From positions 47,306,001 through 47,370,000 of the forward strand of contig NC_043001.1 in assembly GCF_006345805.1 (NCBI RefSeq): a stretch of 64,000 nt of DNA. Reading direction: 5' to 3'. The notes below the pieces were generated by a model, which was not told the origin of the DNA, searched no databases, and saw nothing but the letters and a program-made list of their open reading frames with translations. The DNA comes from Octopus sinensis. Its lineage: Eukaryota. The position numbers and the translations under genes were made by a program. Positions 12,593-23,909 of this stretch are shown here, one piece after another; position 1 is the first letter of the stretch; each line of letters starts with the position of its first letter.

Positions 12593-12694
12593 ACAGCAGA
12601 GCCAAATTGTCAGCGCCCAAACAGCTGAACTCAATCGACACATTTCGAGCAACCTTGCGCTGTACAATTGACGGACATATTGTGGATTTCTCTC
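12593..12694 (+). other. Candidate internal coding exon (102 nt, phase 1-1) of an unidentified gene
   Basis: CTAATTTTCCAG| acceptor with CTAAT branch-like motif, |GTAAGT donor; open only in phase 1 (SRAKLSAPKQLNSIDTFRATLRCTIDGHIVDFS). Confidence 0.35.
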
Positions 12695-12867
12695 GTAAGT
12701 GTTATCAAAAGAGTTAGAGGTGTCGGAGTCATATCGTCTGATTTCCTTATGTGTGATACTCCTGCATAAGAAAAGCAAAGAAATCGGATCTATAGTTCTG
12801 ACAAACAGATCGTCTACGTCAGCGTTTCTTTTTGGAGCAGGGGCTGTGAGGACTGAATAAGGTACAA

Positions 12868-13262
12868 TCTTTATATATAAAATAGAAGTTGTGTGTCTGT
12901 CTCCTACGATTTAGATTCCTAACTACTCCCACATTTTGCGGTGCAGTTTAACCAAAACCGGGTATCTTATAGTCGTGATTCATATCGAGCCCTTCTGGGT
13001 ATTAGCGCGCGTCTACGATGAGTCTACGATTTAAAAAAAAATTACCATCATTTTTTTCCATTTTCATGCAATTTTTCGCTATTATATAAGGGAAGTAACT
13101 CTCTAAAAATGTCTACGATGAGTCAACGATTAAAAAAAAAATTTCCATAATTTTTTTCCATTTTTAATGCATTTTTTTGCTATTTTTTGGCTATAACTCT
13201 CTAAAAATGCTTATATAGTTATTTCCCTTACAAACCTGAGCAACGCCGGGCGATACTGCTAG
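12868..13262 (+). mobile_element. Non-autonomous Helitron
   Basis: 5' TC after A, 3' CTAG before T, subterminal GC hairpin CCTG-AGCAACGC-CGGG; internal ~100-bp tandem duplication (~13011-13210); 3' end shared with 32313-32696. Confidence 0.8.
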
Positions 13263-14142
13263 TGTTTAATAAAATTAAACTGATTGAAAGCTTTTAGAAT
13301 ATTGACTTTGTTTTTGTCTTTCCATTAATAAACATTTTCACAAATATTTTGATGGGGCAATGTGGGTGTTATTTGTCTGTTTGAAAAACACTGCACAATA
13401 GATTTATGCATAGTTTTAGCTGGCATGACTGTCAAAGAAAAGGCCACAGGAAATATGGATAAACACAAATTTAAAAGAGTTCTAGTTGCAGATATTACGT
13501 AGTGGTGTGCCTGTAGTATATGAGTGGCTTTCAGACCCCCCACTCCGTTCCCTCCAAAAGTTAAATACAAGCCAGTAAGAAAGTTTCTGTGCAATTGCTT
13601 GATATTGCAAAAATAACGGTCAAAGTTGCTTCAGATCACACTTTTAAAAATGACTCATTGAATAATGCAGTCTAAAATGCGTTATATGTTAATACGTTAT
13701 AAAGAATGAGGTGGTCATGACTTGAAAGTACAGTACAGTCGGCTGTCACTCCCGAACAAGTATGGCTTGGTAGTATGTACTGTGTTTTTGCTAACTGTTT
13801 TAGGCAAATATATAAATTACGTGCAGAGTAGACTCCTTCTGAGTCCAATCGCCTTAACCCAGTGGAATATCTAAGATGTGATAGTTGATTGGAGAGAGGG
13901 TGGCACCAGCAACCAGATGGTTATCATTTACAGTTGAGTAGACTGTTGCAACACAAAATGAAGTGCCTTGCTTAAGGACACAACACGCTGTCTGGCCTAG
14001 TAACTGATCCCGCGACTTTATGATCACGAGCCAAACACTCTAACCACTAAACCTTTCATATTTACCACTGGTCCTTTCATATTTAAGGTGTTTGTGTAGA
14101 CGGTAGAGTAATCAAATTAAAAAAAAAAAACTTAAAAAACGA

Positions 14143-14362
14143 TGGTAGTAGCAATAGTAGTAGTAGTACTAGTAGCAGCAGCAGCAGTAGTATGCTGGTG
14201 GTGGTGGTGACGGTGGTGATGGTGGTGGTCGTAGTAGTAGTAATAGTAGTGGTTGCGATATGGTGGTGGTGGGGTTGTGATCTTGGTAGTTGTGGTAGTG
14301 GTGATGGTGGTGGTGGTGGTGTTGGTGGTGGTGGTGGTGTTGGTAGTAGTATTAGCACAAGC
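14143..14362. repeat. Compound trinucleotide microsatellite (GTA/GCA/GGT)n
   Basis: Directly visible. Confidence 0.9.
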
Positions 14363-14826
14363 AGCGGCAATAGTCGATCGAATTAAATTGTGGTGTATAT
14401 TACTGTGTTTTAAACGACTGAAATATACGAATTAGAAAACTACTAATTCCAACAAACGACCTTAATGTTAAAAGCCAGTTTGCTAGTTGACACGGGATAC
14501 ACGATATTCTCCCCTGCTTTTATCATCAAGAAATTCGAGAGGTTTTGTGCTGAATAAATTTTCAAAGGATGTCATGATTTCTAACAAGTCTTATAAATTA
14601 AAAAAGGAAATATTTATTCGACTGTTAAATCTATAAATAAGCTGCTTCGTAGTGTCGGTGAGATATCGCATTGCGGAACGAAAGTTCTCGCTCCAAAACC
14701 TCATCACTGGCTATGTGCCCGTGTATTTCGCCAGTATACTCAACTTTTAAATGACACAGTCTATTTAGCTGTAAAAGGTGTTACAACTCAGCGTTGTAAG
14801 ATGCAGGATTAGCGTAAAATTATCAA

Positions 14827-15059
14827 GGCGCGGGCGTCGGTGTGTGGTTAGAGGTTTGCTTCTCAGCCACTCGATGCCTGGTTCAGTCCCATTGCGTGGA
14901 ACCTTGGGCAAGTGTCTTCTCCTCTAGCCTCGGGCCGACCAAAGCCTTGTGAGAGGATTTGGTAGACGGAACTTGAAAGAAGCCCGTCGTGTAATATATA
15001 TAAATAATGTGTGTGTGTGTGTTGTGTGTATATATATTTATATGTGTATATATATATGT

Positions 15060-15115
<56 letters not shown>

Positions 15116-15133
15116 CATATATATATTACATAT

Positions 15134-15169
<36 letters not shown>

Positions 15170-15206
15170 CATATATATATAATATATATATATACATATA
15201 TATAAC

Positions 15207-15237
<31 letters not shown>

Positions 15238-15310
15238 ATATATATATATAATATATATATATAATATATATATAGATATATATATATACAATATTATATA
15301 TTATATATAT

Positions 15311-15361
<51 letters not shown>

Positions 15362-15632
15362 ATACAATATATATATATATATATATTGTATATATACAAT
15401 ATATATATATATATAATATGTATAGAGGGCATTATTACACATAAATGCCTCACACTAAGAGGACAAGTCATTACTACTTTTCTTTTATGAGGTTTTCACG
15501 CTAGCTGCCTGATAATTCTTGTTAAGATCCCTTATTAAGAGATTATCCTTTTGTTAAACTTATATATTATATATATAATATATATATATATAATATATAT
15601 ATATAATATATGTATATATATATATATACAAT

Positions 15633-15668
<36 letters not shown>

Positions 15669-15829
15669 CAATATATATATTCTAATATATATAATATATA
15701 TATATATATATAATATACATATATATATATATACAATATATAATATATACATATATATTAATATATATATATATATATATATAATATATATTATATATAC
15801 ATATATATATAATATATATATATATATAC

Positions 15830-15860
<31 letters not shown>

Positions 15861-16023
15861 TAGATATAATATATATATATATATATATATATACTATAAT
15901 ATATATATATAGATATCTATATATATAATATATATCTATATATAATATATATATATCCATATATATATAATATATATACATATAATATATATATATCACA
16001 TATATATATAATATATATATACC

Positions 16024-16056
<33 letters not shown>

Positions 16057-16543
16057 ATATATATTATACATATATATATAAATATACTATATCTACATAT
16101 ATATATATATATATCTATATATACTAATTATATATATATATTATCCAATATATATATATATATATCTAAATATATCTATATTATATCTAATATTATATAT
16201 TATATATATATATATATACTAATCTATATCTATATAATAATATATATATATTATATTATCTATATATATAAATATAATCATATATATTCTATAATACTAT
16301 ATCTATATATAATATAATATATAATATCTATATATATATATTATATATATATCTATATATATATAATAATATATATATATATATATCCGCTATTATAATA
16401 ATAATATATATAATATATATATATATATATATCATCTATATATCTAATATATATATATATATATAATATATATATATAATAATATATATATATATAAAAT
16501 ATATCTATATAATATATATAATATCTAATATATATACTATCAT

Positions 16544-16581
<38 letters not shown>

Positions 16582-16621
16582 TATATCTATATTATCTATA
16601 TAATCTTATATATATAATATA

Positions 16622-16660
<39 letters not shown>

Positions 16661-17002
16661 TATATATTATATATACTATATAAATATATCATATATATAT
16701 CTATATCTATATATATATCTATATATTATATATATATAATATATACATATATAATATATATATATAATATATATATATATATAATATATATCTATATATA
16801 TATATATATATCTATAATATATATATACTTATATATATATCTATATATATATATATAAATATATATAATATAATATATATCTAATATATATATATTATCT
16901 ATATATATATAATATATATATATTAACTAATATAATATATATATATATTAATATATATATATAGATATATATATATATATTATATATATATATATATAAT
17001 AT

Positions 17003-17043
<41 letters not shown>

Positions 17044-17245
17044 GCATGTGTGTGTGTTTGTCCCATACTATTGCCTGACTGTTGTTACTGTGTTTTATGT
17101 CCCCGTAACTTAGCGGTTCGGCAAAAGGAAACCGATAGAATAAGTACCAGACTTAAAAAAGAAAATAAGTACTAGGGTCTATTCGCTCGATTAAAGTCCT
17201 TCATGCCTGCAGTCTAATGACTGAAACAAACAAAATAATAAAAGA
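14827..17245 (+). mobile_element. SINE family A whose internal microsatellite is expanded to ~2 kb
   Basis: Head 14827-14990 matches 3862-4025; tail 17053-17245 matches 4065-4270 (CTTAGCGGTTCGGCAAAAG..CAGTCTAATGACTGAAAC). Confidence 0.7.
14995..17042. repeat. Very long, imperfect (TA)n array
   Basis: Directly visible; interrupted by a non-repeat insert at 15421-15560. Confidence 0.95.
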
Positions 17246-18665
17246 AAGCAGGGTGCAGTACCTTACCGGAGTTGGCTCCCAATAAATCAATAAACTTGAT
17301 ATGTGCCATCTGCGACTAGCGACAAAGTATTGTTATAGAGCCAAATAGATATACAAGACCCCTGTGATTGGCATTTCGAATGTTATGTACTCAAGCGTAG
17401 ACACGGTACAGCCAAATGTTTAAGAAGCAGCTCTATCAACGTCCACAAGGTCACGGATTCGTTGCAACTGTGTGGTATCTTGGGAAAGTATCTTCTCCCA
17501 TAGCTTCGGGAACGACCCGAGCCTTGAGAGTGAAATTTCGGTAGACGGGAAAATACAGCGAAACCCCTCGGGTAGATGGTACCTGTCTCTTAAAAACACT
17601 GGTGGCGTGGAAAGGGGAGGCCGGTATGCATGGGCAACTGCTGGTCTTCCATAAACAACCTTGCCCAGAGTTGTGCCTGGGAGTGTAACTTTCTAGGTAC
17701 AATCCCACGGTCAGTCATGACCGAAGGGGGTCTCATATATCTCATCATCATTCCGATTCCAGTACCTTCTTTTACATCTCACCTCTGTGAGTGGACTGCG
17801 TTTTTAAAAATTTAGTTAGAGGCCTTCTCCATCTGATTCAATGAGTTATTATAAGACAACATATAAGAAAATAGTAGAGCCAACCCTTCACTTGTGAGCG
17901 AGTATGGTTTGGTAACATGTAACATGCTTTCGCTAATTGTTTTAGGTGACAATGTTATCGTGAGAAGACTTAGATATCCACTCTTGGTCACCTTAACCCT
18001 GACCTGGTGGAACATCCAGCATGTAACAAACAGCTGGAGTGGAGAGAAGCATTCACCAGCAGCTGGCTGGTTTTCATTTACAGATGAGTAAACTGGAACA
18101 GCATGAAAAGAAGTGCCTTGCTCAAAGACACACCACACCACCCGATGTAGGAGTTGAACTCACAACCTTATGATCGTGAGTCAAGCACCCTAACCACTCG
18201 GCCCTTGGCCAACAGGAAACAACAAATACTCGGCATCAAACAACCCAAGCATATCAATTTGGTGGTTATCACCAAATGAGATCATCAACACACACACACA
18301 CATTTCTCTCTCTCTCTCTGTATATATATATACACACACATTTCTCTCTCTCTCTTCTGTATATAGATATATCTAATATATATATTATATATATATTTTG
18401 CAATTAAGGACAATACTTAATAACGGGAAAACTTAACAAGAAATTGTCAGGTAGATAGCGTAAAAACCTCATAAAAGAAAAAATTCGAAAATAATTATTT
18501 CTTATTGAACATATTAATTTATATATAGAGGGCATAATTATACAACATGCCAGGAGGCATTATATATACATGCCAAACGCTAAGAGGGACAATCAGTCAT
18601 TTCTACCAAAAATATTACTAATCCTACCGAATGCAATTTTTCAAAGTAAGACATTTAAAAAATAT

Positions 18666-18714
18666 AGGCCTGTATCACAAGTGATTTCATACTTACGTAA
18701 TCATCAGCAGGCCT
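18666..18714 (-). ncRNA. Minimal type-I hammerhead ribozyme (inverted copy)
   Basis: Reverse complement: AGGCCTG-CTGATGA-TTACGTAAGTAT-GAAA-TCACTTGTGA-TA-CAGGCCT. Confidence 0.75.
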
Positions 18715-18867
18715 GAATGTATTATAATAAACAACGACCCTGCCTCGCTTAAGCCGAACAGCTAACTGATCAACATCAACGAAGCACATGGGGTGAGTTT
18801 ATATATATACATCCGGGTGAATGGCAAACTTTTACAAAATTGCATATTATTTATTTATAATACATTC

Positions 18868-18915
18868 AGGCCTGCTGATGATTACGTAAGTATGAAATCA
18901 CTGTGATACAGGCCT
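18868..18915 (+). ncRNA. Minimal type-I hammerhead ribozyme
   Basis: Stem I AGGCCTG/CAGGCCT (7 bp), core CTGATGA, stem II TAC-GTAA-GTA, GAAA, near-palindromic stem III TCAC-T-GTGA, AUA triplet; predicted cut after 18908. Confidence 0.8.
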
Positions 18916-19343
18916 ATATATTTTTAAATGTCTTACTTTGAAAAATTGCATTCGGTGGGATTAGTAATATTTGGTAGAAATGACTGATTGTCCCTCTTAG
19001 CGTTTGGCATGTATAATAATGCCTCCTGGCATGATGTATAATTATGCCCTCTATATATAAATTAATATGTTCAATAAGAAATAATTATTTTCGAAATTTT
19101 TTCTCTTATAGGTTTTTACGCTATCTACCTGACATTTCTTGTTAAGTTTTCCTTATTAAGTAGTTGTCCTAATTGCAAAATTTTTATTCCGAAAAAACTT
19201 TTCCTCTCCCGAAATGCAATTTGTTTAAAAGTTTGCCATTACCCGGATGTAATATATATAAACTCACCATGTGCTTGTTGATGTTGATCAGTTAGCTGTT
19301 CGGCTTAAGCGAGGCAGGGTCGTTGTTTATTTATAATACATTC

Positions 19344-19391
19344 AGGCCTGCTGATGATTACGTAAGTATGAAATCACTGTGATACAGGCCT
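19344..19391 (+). ncRNA. Minimal type-I hammerhead ribozyme (second tandem copy)
   Basis: Identical to 18868-18915, offset by 476 nt; predicted cut after 19384. Confidence 0.8.
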
Positions 19392-19843
19392 ATATATTTT
19401 TAAATGTCTTACTTTGAAAAATTGCATTCGGTGGGATTAGAATATTTTTGGTAGAATAGAATGACTGATTGTCCTCTTAGCGTTTGGCATGTATATTATA
19501 ATGCCTCCTGGCATGTATGTATAATTATGCCCTCTATATAATAAATATATATATATTAATATATATATATATATTTATACAATCGTCACTAAAGTGACTA
19601 AGGGTGCAAGGCAGCCCCTGCATTGCTAGAAATAACAGTTGTCTTGATTCTTATTTCTAGCAATGTTAGTTCTGACTTACAATAGTGACGATTGTACTAG
19701 TGCCTTTTGGTTGTAAATTGCCAATAGCCTCCTTGTTGATTTATATTTTTCACTTTACCATTTTACGGAATCCGTCACTGACTCCTACAGTATTTTCTAT
19801 AAACTGATAAGGCGAGGTGGTTTAGTTCTCGGGAAATTAGTAA

Positions 19844-19893
19844 GGGTCACCGATGAGGATTAATCAAAAGCGAAATCATCGATGATCTGACTC
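19844..19893 (+). ncRNA. Minimal type-I hammerhead-like motif, different family, CCGATGA core
   Basis: Stem I GGGTCA/TGACTC, CCGATGA, irregular stem II, GAAA, perfect palindrome ATCATCGATGAT as stem III, AUC triplet. Confidence 0.6.
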
Positions 19894-20542
19894 TTTCGTA
19901 CTTGCTGTAGGGAGCTTGTCACTCTGGTCAGCCATTAGATAAGTGCTTGTCCGTGGCTAAGAGTTGTTTTGACACTTATTTCTAGCAATGTTGGTGCTGA
20001 TTTACACACACACACACACACACGCATTTTCTAAGCTGTCTTCACAGCCTTCCTGCGTTTGAGAATTCCTTGATTTTCCGTCCCATTCATGCTTTGTTTT
20101 TTAAAACCAGGTATGAATTGAGTGAGATTTGGTAGCTATTTCTCATAGGCTGAGTTAGTGCATATAGAGGCCCTCATTGGTTATTTAGGCGGCGATTTGA
20201 TACCATAGTGATTCGTTTACTTACCTGATTACTATAATAGCAACATGAAGTAGCCATTGAACAGACAGGAGAACTTTTTCAGTAATGTTAAATCACTTGC
20301 CGTTCAACTCTTTAGCGATATGAAATCATAATAGTAATATTATATAAATGTTATTCAACCGACTGAGTAACTGATAGCGCCGTCTATATGCTGTTCAAAC
20401 GATTCTCAAATTAATACCGTGATACCAACATAAAGTATCTAAAGTCAATAGGTGAGCACCATATAATTAGAGTAAAGCATCATGTTGCCTGCTATTCAGC
20501 CGACTGAGTAATTAGTTCTTAAATACCAGTGCCATTCATCAT

Positions 20543-21845
20543 CCACCAGAATGAATAACTGACGTCTTTATGTTGAGACTTCAAGATACTAACTAGTTAA
20601 CCAATTGACAACTTTATATGATAACGGCGGCAACAAGTAATTATTCACTACGTTGACGACATGACATCATAATTTGATAAATATGACATCATAAAGAGAA
20701 ACAACATCACTCAATGTCTGGAGAAATACTATGTAGTAATTAAAGAGGGAAAATACATATCATGACGATTGGTAAATTAGATGCTGCTTTTAGCGTGCAG
20801 TCTACCGCAGTATTCTTAGTCGACGTAGTGAAATGATCTGATCTGGGTTGGTTTCAGGGTTAGTTTCTAGGGTCAGGGTTAGGATTTAGGGATAGGGTTA
20901 AAGTTTATGGTTATAGTTTAGTATTAGGGTTTAGGGTTAGAGTTAGATTAGGGCTTAGGATCAGGGTTTATGGTTAGGGTTTAAGGGTTATGGTTTGGGG
21001 TTATGGTTTAGCGTTAGTGTTTAGGGTTAGGGTTAATGTTTAGGGATACGGTTAAGGTTTAGGATTAGAATTTAAGATTAGGATTTAGAATTGGAGTTAG
21101 GTTAGTGACTACGGTTAGAGTTAGGGTTTAGGGTTAGAATTTAGGGTAATGATTAGGGTTCAAGATTTATGCTAGAAGCTTAGGTTATGGTTAGTGTTTT
21201 GGGTTAGGGTTTAGGGTTATGGTTAGGGATAAACCGAGATTGCATGCTAAAGCAGCACCGGTAATTATAAAAAATTAAGCGGGAAAACAAAATGAAGTTC
21301 TTACATAGTAATAATTAATAGCAATGCATTTTGTCATTATCCACCAGAATGACTGACTGACGGTTTCATGCTGAGACATCAAAAAGCTAGTCACTCAATT
21401 GACAAGTTAATATGAAAACGACAGCAACAATTAGTTATTCAGTAGATTGACATGACATCATAATATGATAGATATGACATCATAAAGAGAAACGACATCA
21501 GCCAATGATTGGAGAAATACTACGTAGTCATTAAAGAGGGAAAATATGTATCATGATAATTGGTAATTAGGTGCCTCGTTAATGTGCAGTCTACCATGGT
21601 ATTTTTAGTCTATGTTGTGAAATGATCCGATCTGGGTTGGGATTAAAGTTAGGGGTCAGGGTTTATGGTTAGGATTAGGATTAGGGTTATGCTTAGGGTT
21701 TGGGAATAAGTGTAAAGCTTATGGTTACAATTTAGTATTAGGATTTAGGGTTAAAGTTAGGTTAAGGTTTAGAGTTAGGGGTTTAGGAGTTGGGTTAGTA
21801 TTTAGGGTTAAGTTTAGTATTTAGTGTTAGAATTTAGGGTTAGGG
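20543..21845. repeat. Two tandem ~800-bp units, each with a ~300-bp unique head and a degenerate (TTAGGG)n-like array
   Basis: Head CCACCAGAATGA.. at 20543 and 21341; telomere-like tracts ~20860-21230 and ~21630-21845. Confidence 0.8.
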
Positions 21846-22860
21846 TGGAACCTGAAAAAAATCAATGAGGCCTTGGCCAAAGAGGAAGGTACCCGTCTTC
21901 AACCCTTTCAATCGCGTCTACCACACATCCTCTTTTGCCATAGCCATCAGACAGTGAAAAATTCCACTCCCTTCTCGGCCAAAGGAAGGAGGCGGAGCGA
22001 TCTTCACAATGCGGACACTGTACGAGAGCATGCAGAACGGTTTTATCGCTTCGCGTGCTTCAGACAAGCTCGACTGACTACACACCCATGTCTGTTGAGC
22101 TTATATACCCACCCACCTCCGGTAGCACTGTCAGGCCAGGGATTTCTGGAAGTTATCCTTAGTTCCTGGCTTGAAAGTTCTCCCGAAGAGACCAGCAAGT
22201 TGATCGCCGTCGACGCCCAGGACCTCTCCGAGTGCGTCGCCGCTCTTGCCCTCCACTAATCCCCTACAGAACTCCAAGGTGAAACTTCCACCGACCGTAT
22301 TGCCCGACGACTGTGAGCGGTTGGAGGCACTCTAGGTGCCAAGCGCCCTGCCTTGGTCTACGCCTGACCCAGGACTGTAGCTCCGTCAAGGAGACCAGCT
22401 GCGGAAAAGTGCATTCAACAGAATGGCGACCATACCTGCTCACCTTTCAGGTATCGCTGGAGATGTCGCAGCCTCAGTGCATGTCTGCGCATCCTCAGCC
22501 ACGGCATACCCAGTCTTCCACGCAACAGATACTGACAACAAATGGACCGTCTGACAAGCAGTACCTCTCCCTACCACAGGAAGCGGAAGAGCAAACGCAC
22601 CAGCTCGTTCATCCACGAAGCGGGGCAAGGGACGACAGTATATGACAGATGCGATGTATGCTTTCACCACCTCAGCCCAACCTTTCAGGAACAGCTTTCT
22701 CTCGGCCCATTTCTGGGTGAGACTGGACACCCTGTTTGTCACCTCGCCCCAGTTCTTGTCCACTTAGAGATCGCGACCAAACCAGACCCCCAGCAACTTA
22801 ACAGGCCCTTCCGCCCAGCGCTCCATCAAGCTGTCGGTTGGCATGTGCCTGCCTCTCCGA
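21846..22860 (-). mobile_element. Tx1/L1-like LINE fragment (RT C-terminal region), degenerate
   Basis: Minus-strand translation GPVKLLGVWFG..W.EVTNRV..W.ERKL.LKG.AEVV.AYIASVIY; GC-rich relative to flanks; frameshifted. Confidence 0.65.
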
Positions 22861-23282
22861 CCACTGTGATAAATAATGGCAAATAAAAAAATATATTAGG
22901 TTAATAATAATACTAATTGTTATTTTTATTGCTCTCTTTTGGTTGCTGGCACCTATTTGTATGCTGTTTAAAGCTAAATTTCATTCCAAGCAAGAAGTCC
23001 AGAACAAAGACTGATAAATGAATGTTTATTTAAAGTAATTATAATTAAATAACAAGCGAATCTTAAATAAAATATTGTTTCATAATCAGGTGAATAATAT
23101 ATATGTTCATCTTACAAGACCTGGTCTCTGTTCATGTTGAATTCTAAAAAATATTATTTGCATATTATAAAATCTTCTTGAAACTTTCTCTTTACCAAAA
23201 ATAATAGATTTAACAGAAAAGGAAATAACAGCCATTAAAACACAGTGGAAAAAAATCAGTTATTATTCCTTTATTGTAATAA

Positions 23283-23327
<45 letters not shown>

Positions 23328-23499
23328 CAATTTCTTACACAGGCACAAGGCTAGTATACTAATGGCAATAGATATTAAGAATAAAATTAGTAATAAGAAT
23401 AATAATCATAATATCATTAGTAATGTTTAATAACAATAATGATAATTAAATTAATTATAAATAGTATATGACATTGATAGTTATAAATAATGATAAATC

Positions 23500-23549
<50 letters not shown>

Positions 23550-23909
23550 GTAATGGTAATATTAAGACTCAGAGTTCAAATAAGAAGAAAAGAAAACGAA
23601 AAAAGAGGGTTCGGTTGCATATAATTTCTGTGGAACAAAAATACAACAAATATTCATCAGCTTCGATAGAAGAGATAAAGAAATAAATAAATAAAAAAAA
23701 TTAATGGACGGCAACAAAAATTGTCTTCCAGTCGAGCAGAGAGCGGCCGTCATGTTGTTAAGAAAAAAATCATTATTTGACAGAAACAATATTACGATTC
23801 CGTTTCTTCTTGATTTATTTTTGTTTTACCATTTTTTACCATCTTTTTTTTTTTTAATTTTAATACATAATTGTCGATTGAAACACATGTGAACTGTTTA
23901 TAGTGGCAA

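Larger units (their letters stand above)
18396..19540. mobile_element. Retrozyme / Penelope pseudo-LTR-like array: inverted circularly permuted monomer + ~1.45 tandem copies of a 476-bp unit
   Basis: 18850-19325 repeats at 19326-19540; 18396-18845 is the reverse complement of unit 19214 read through the unit junction to 19180; (TA)n flanks; one hammerhead motif per copy. Confidence 0.8.

Noticed and set aside
20860-21845. True telomere or chromosome-fusion site
   Set aside because: The repeats are highly degenerate, all in one orientation, and embedded in a duplicated unit.
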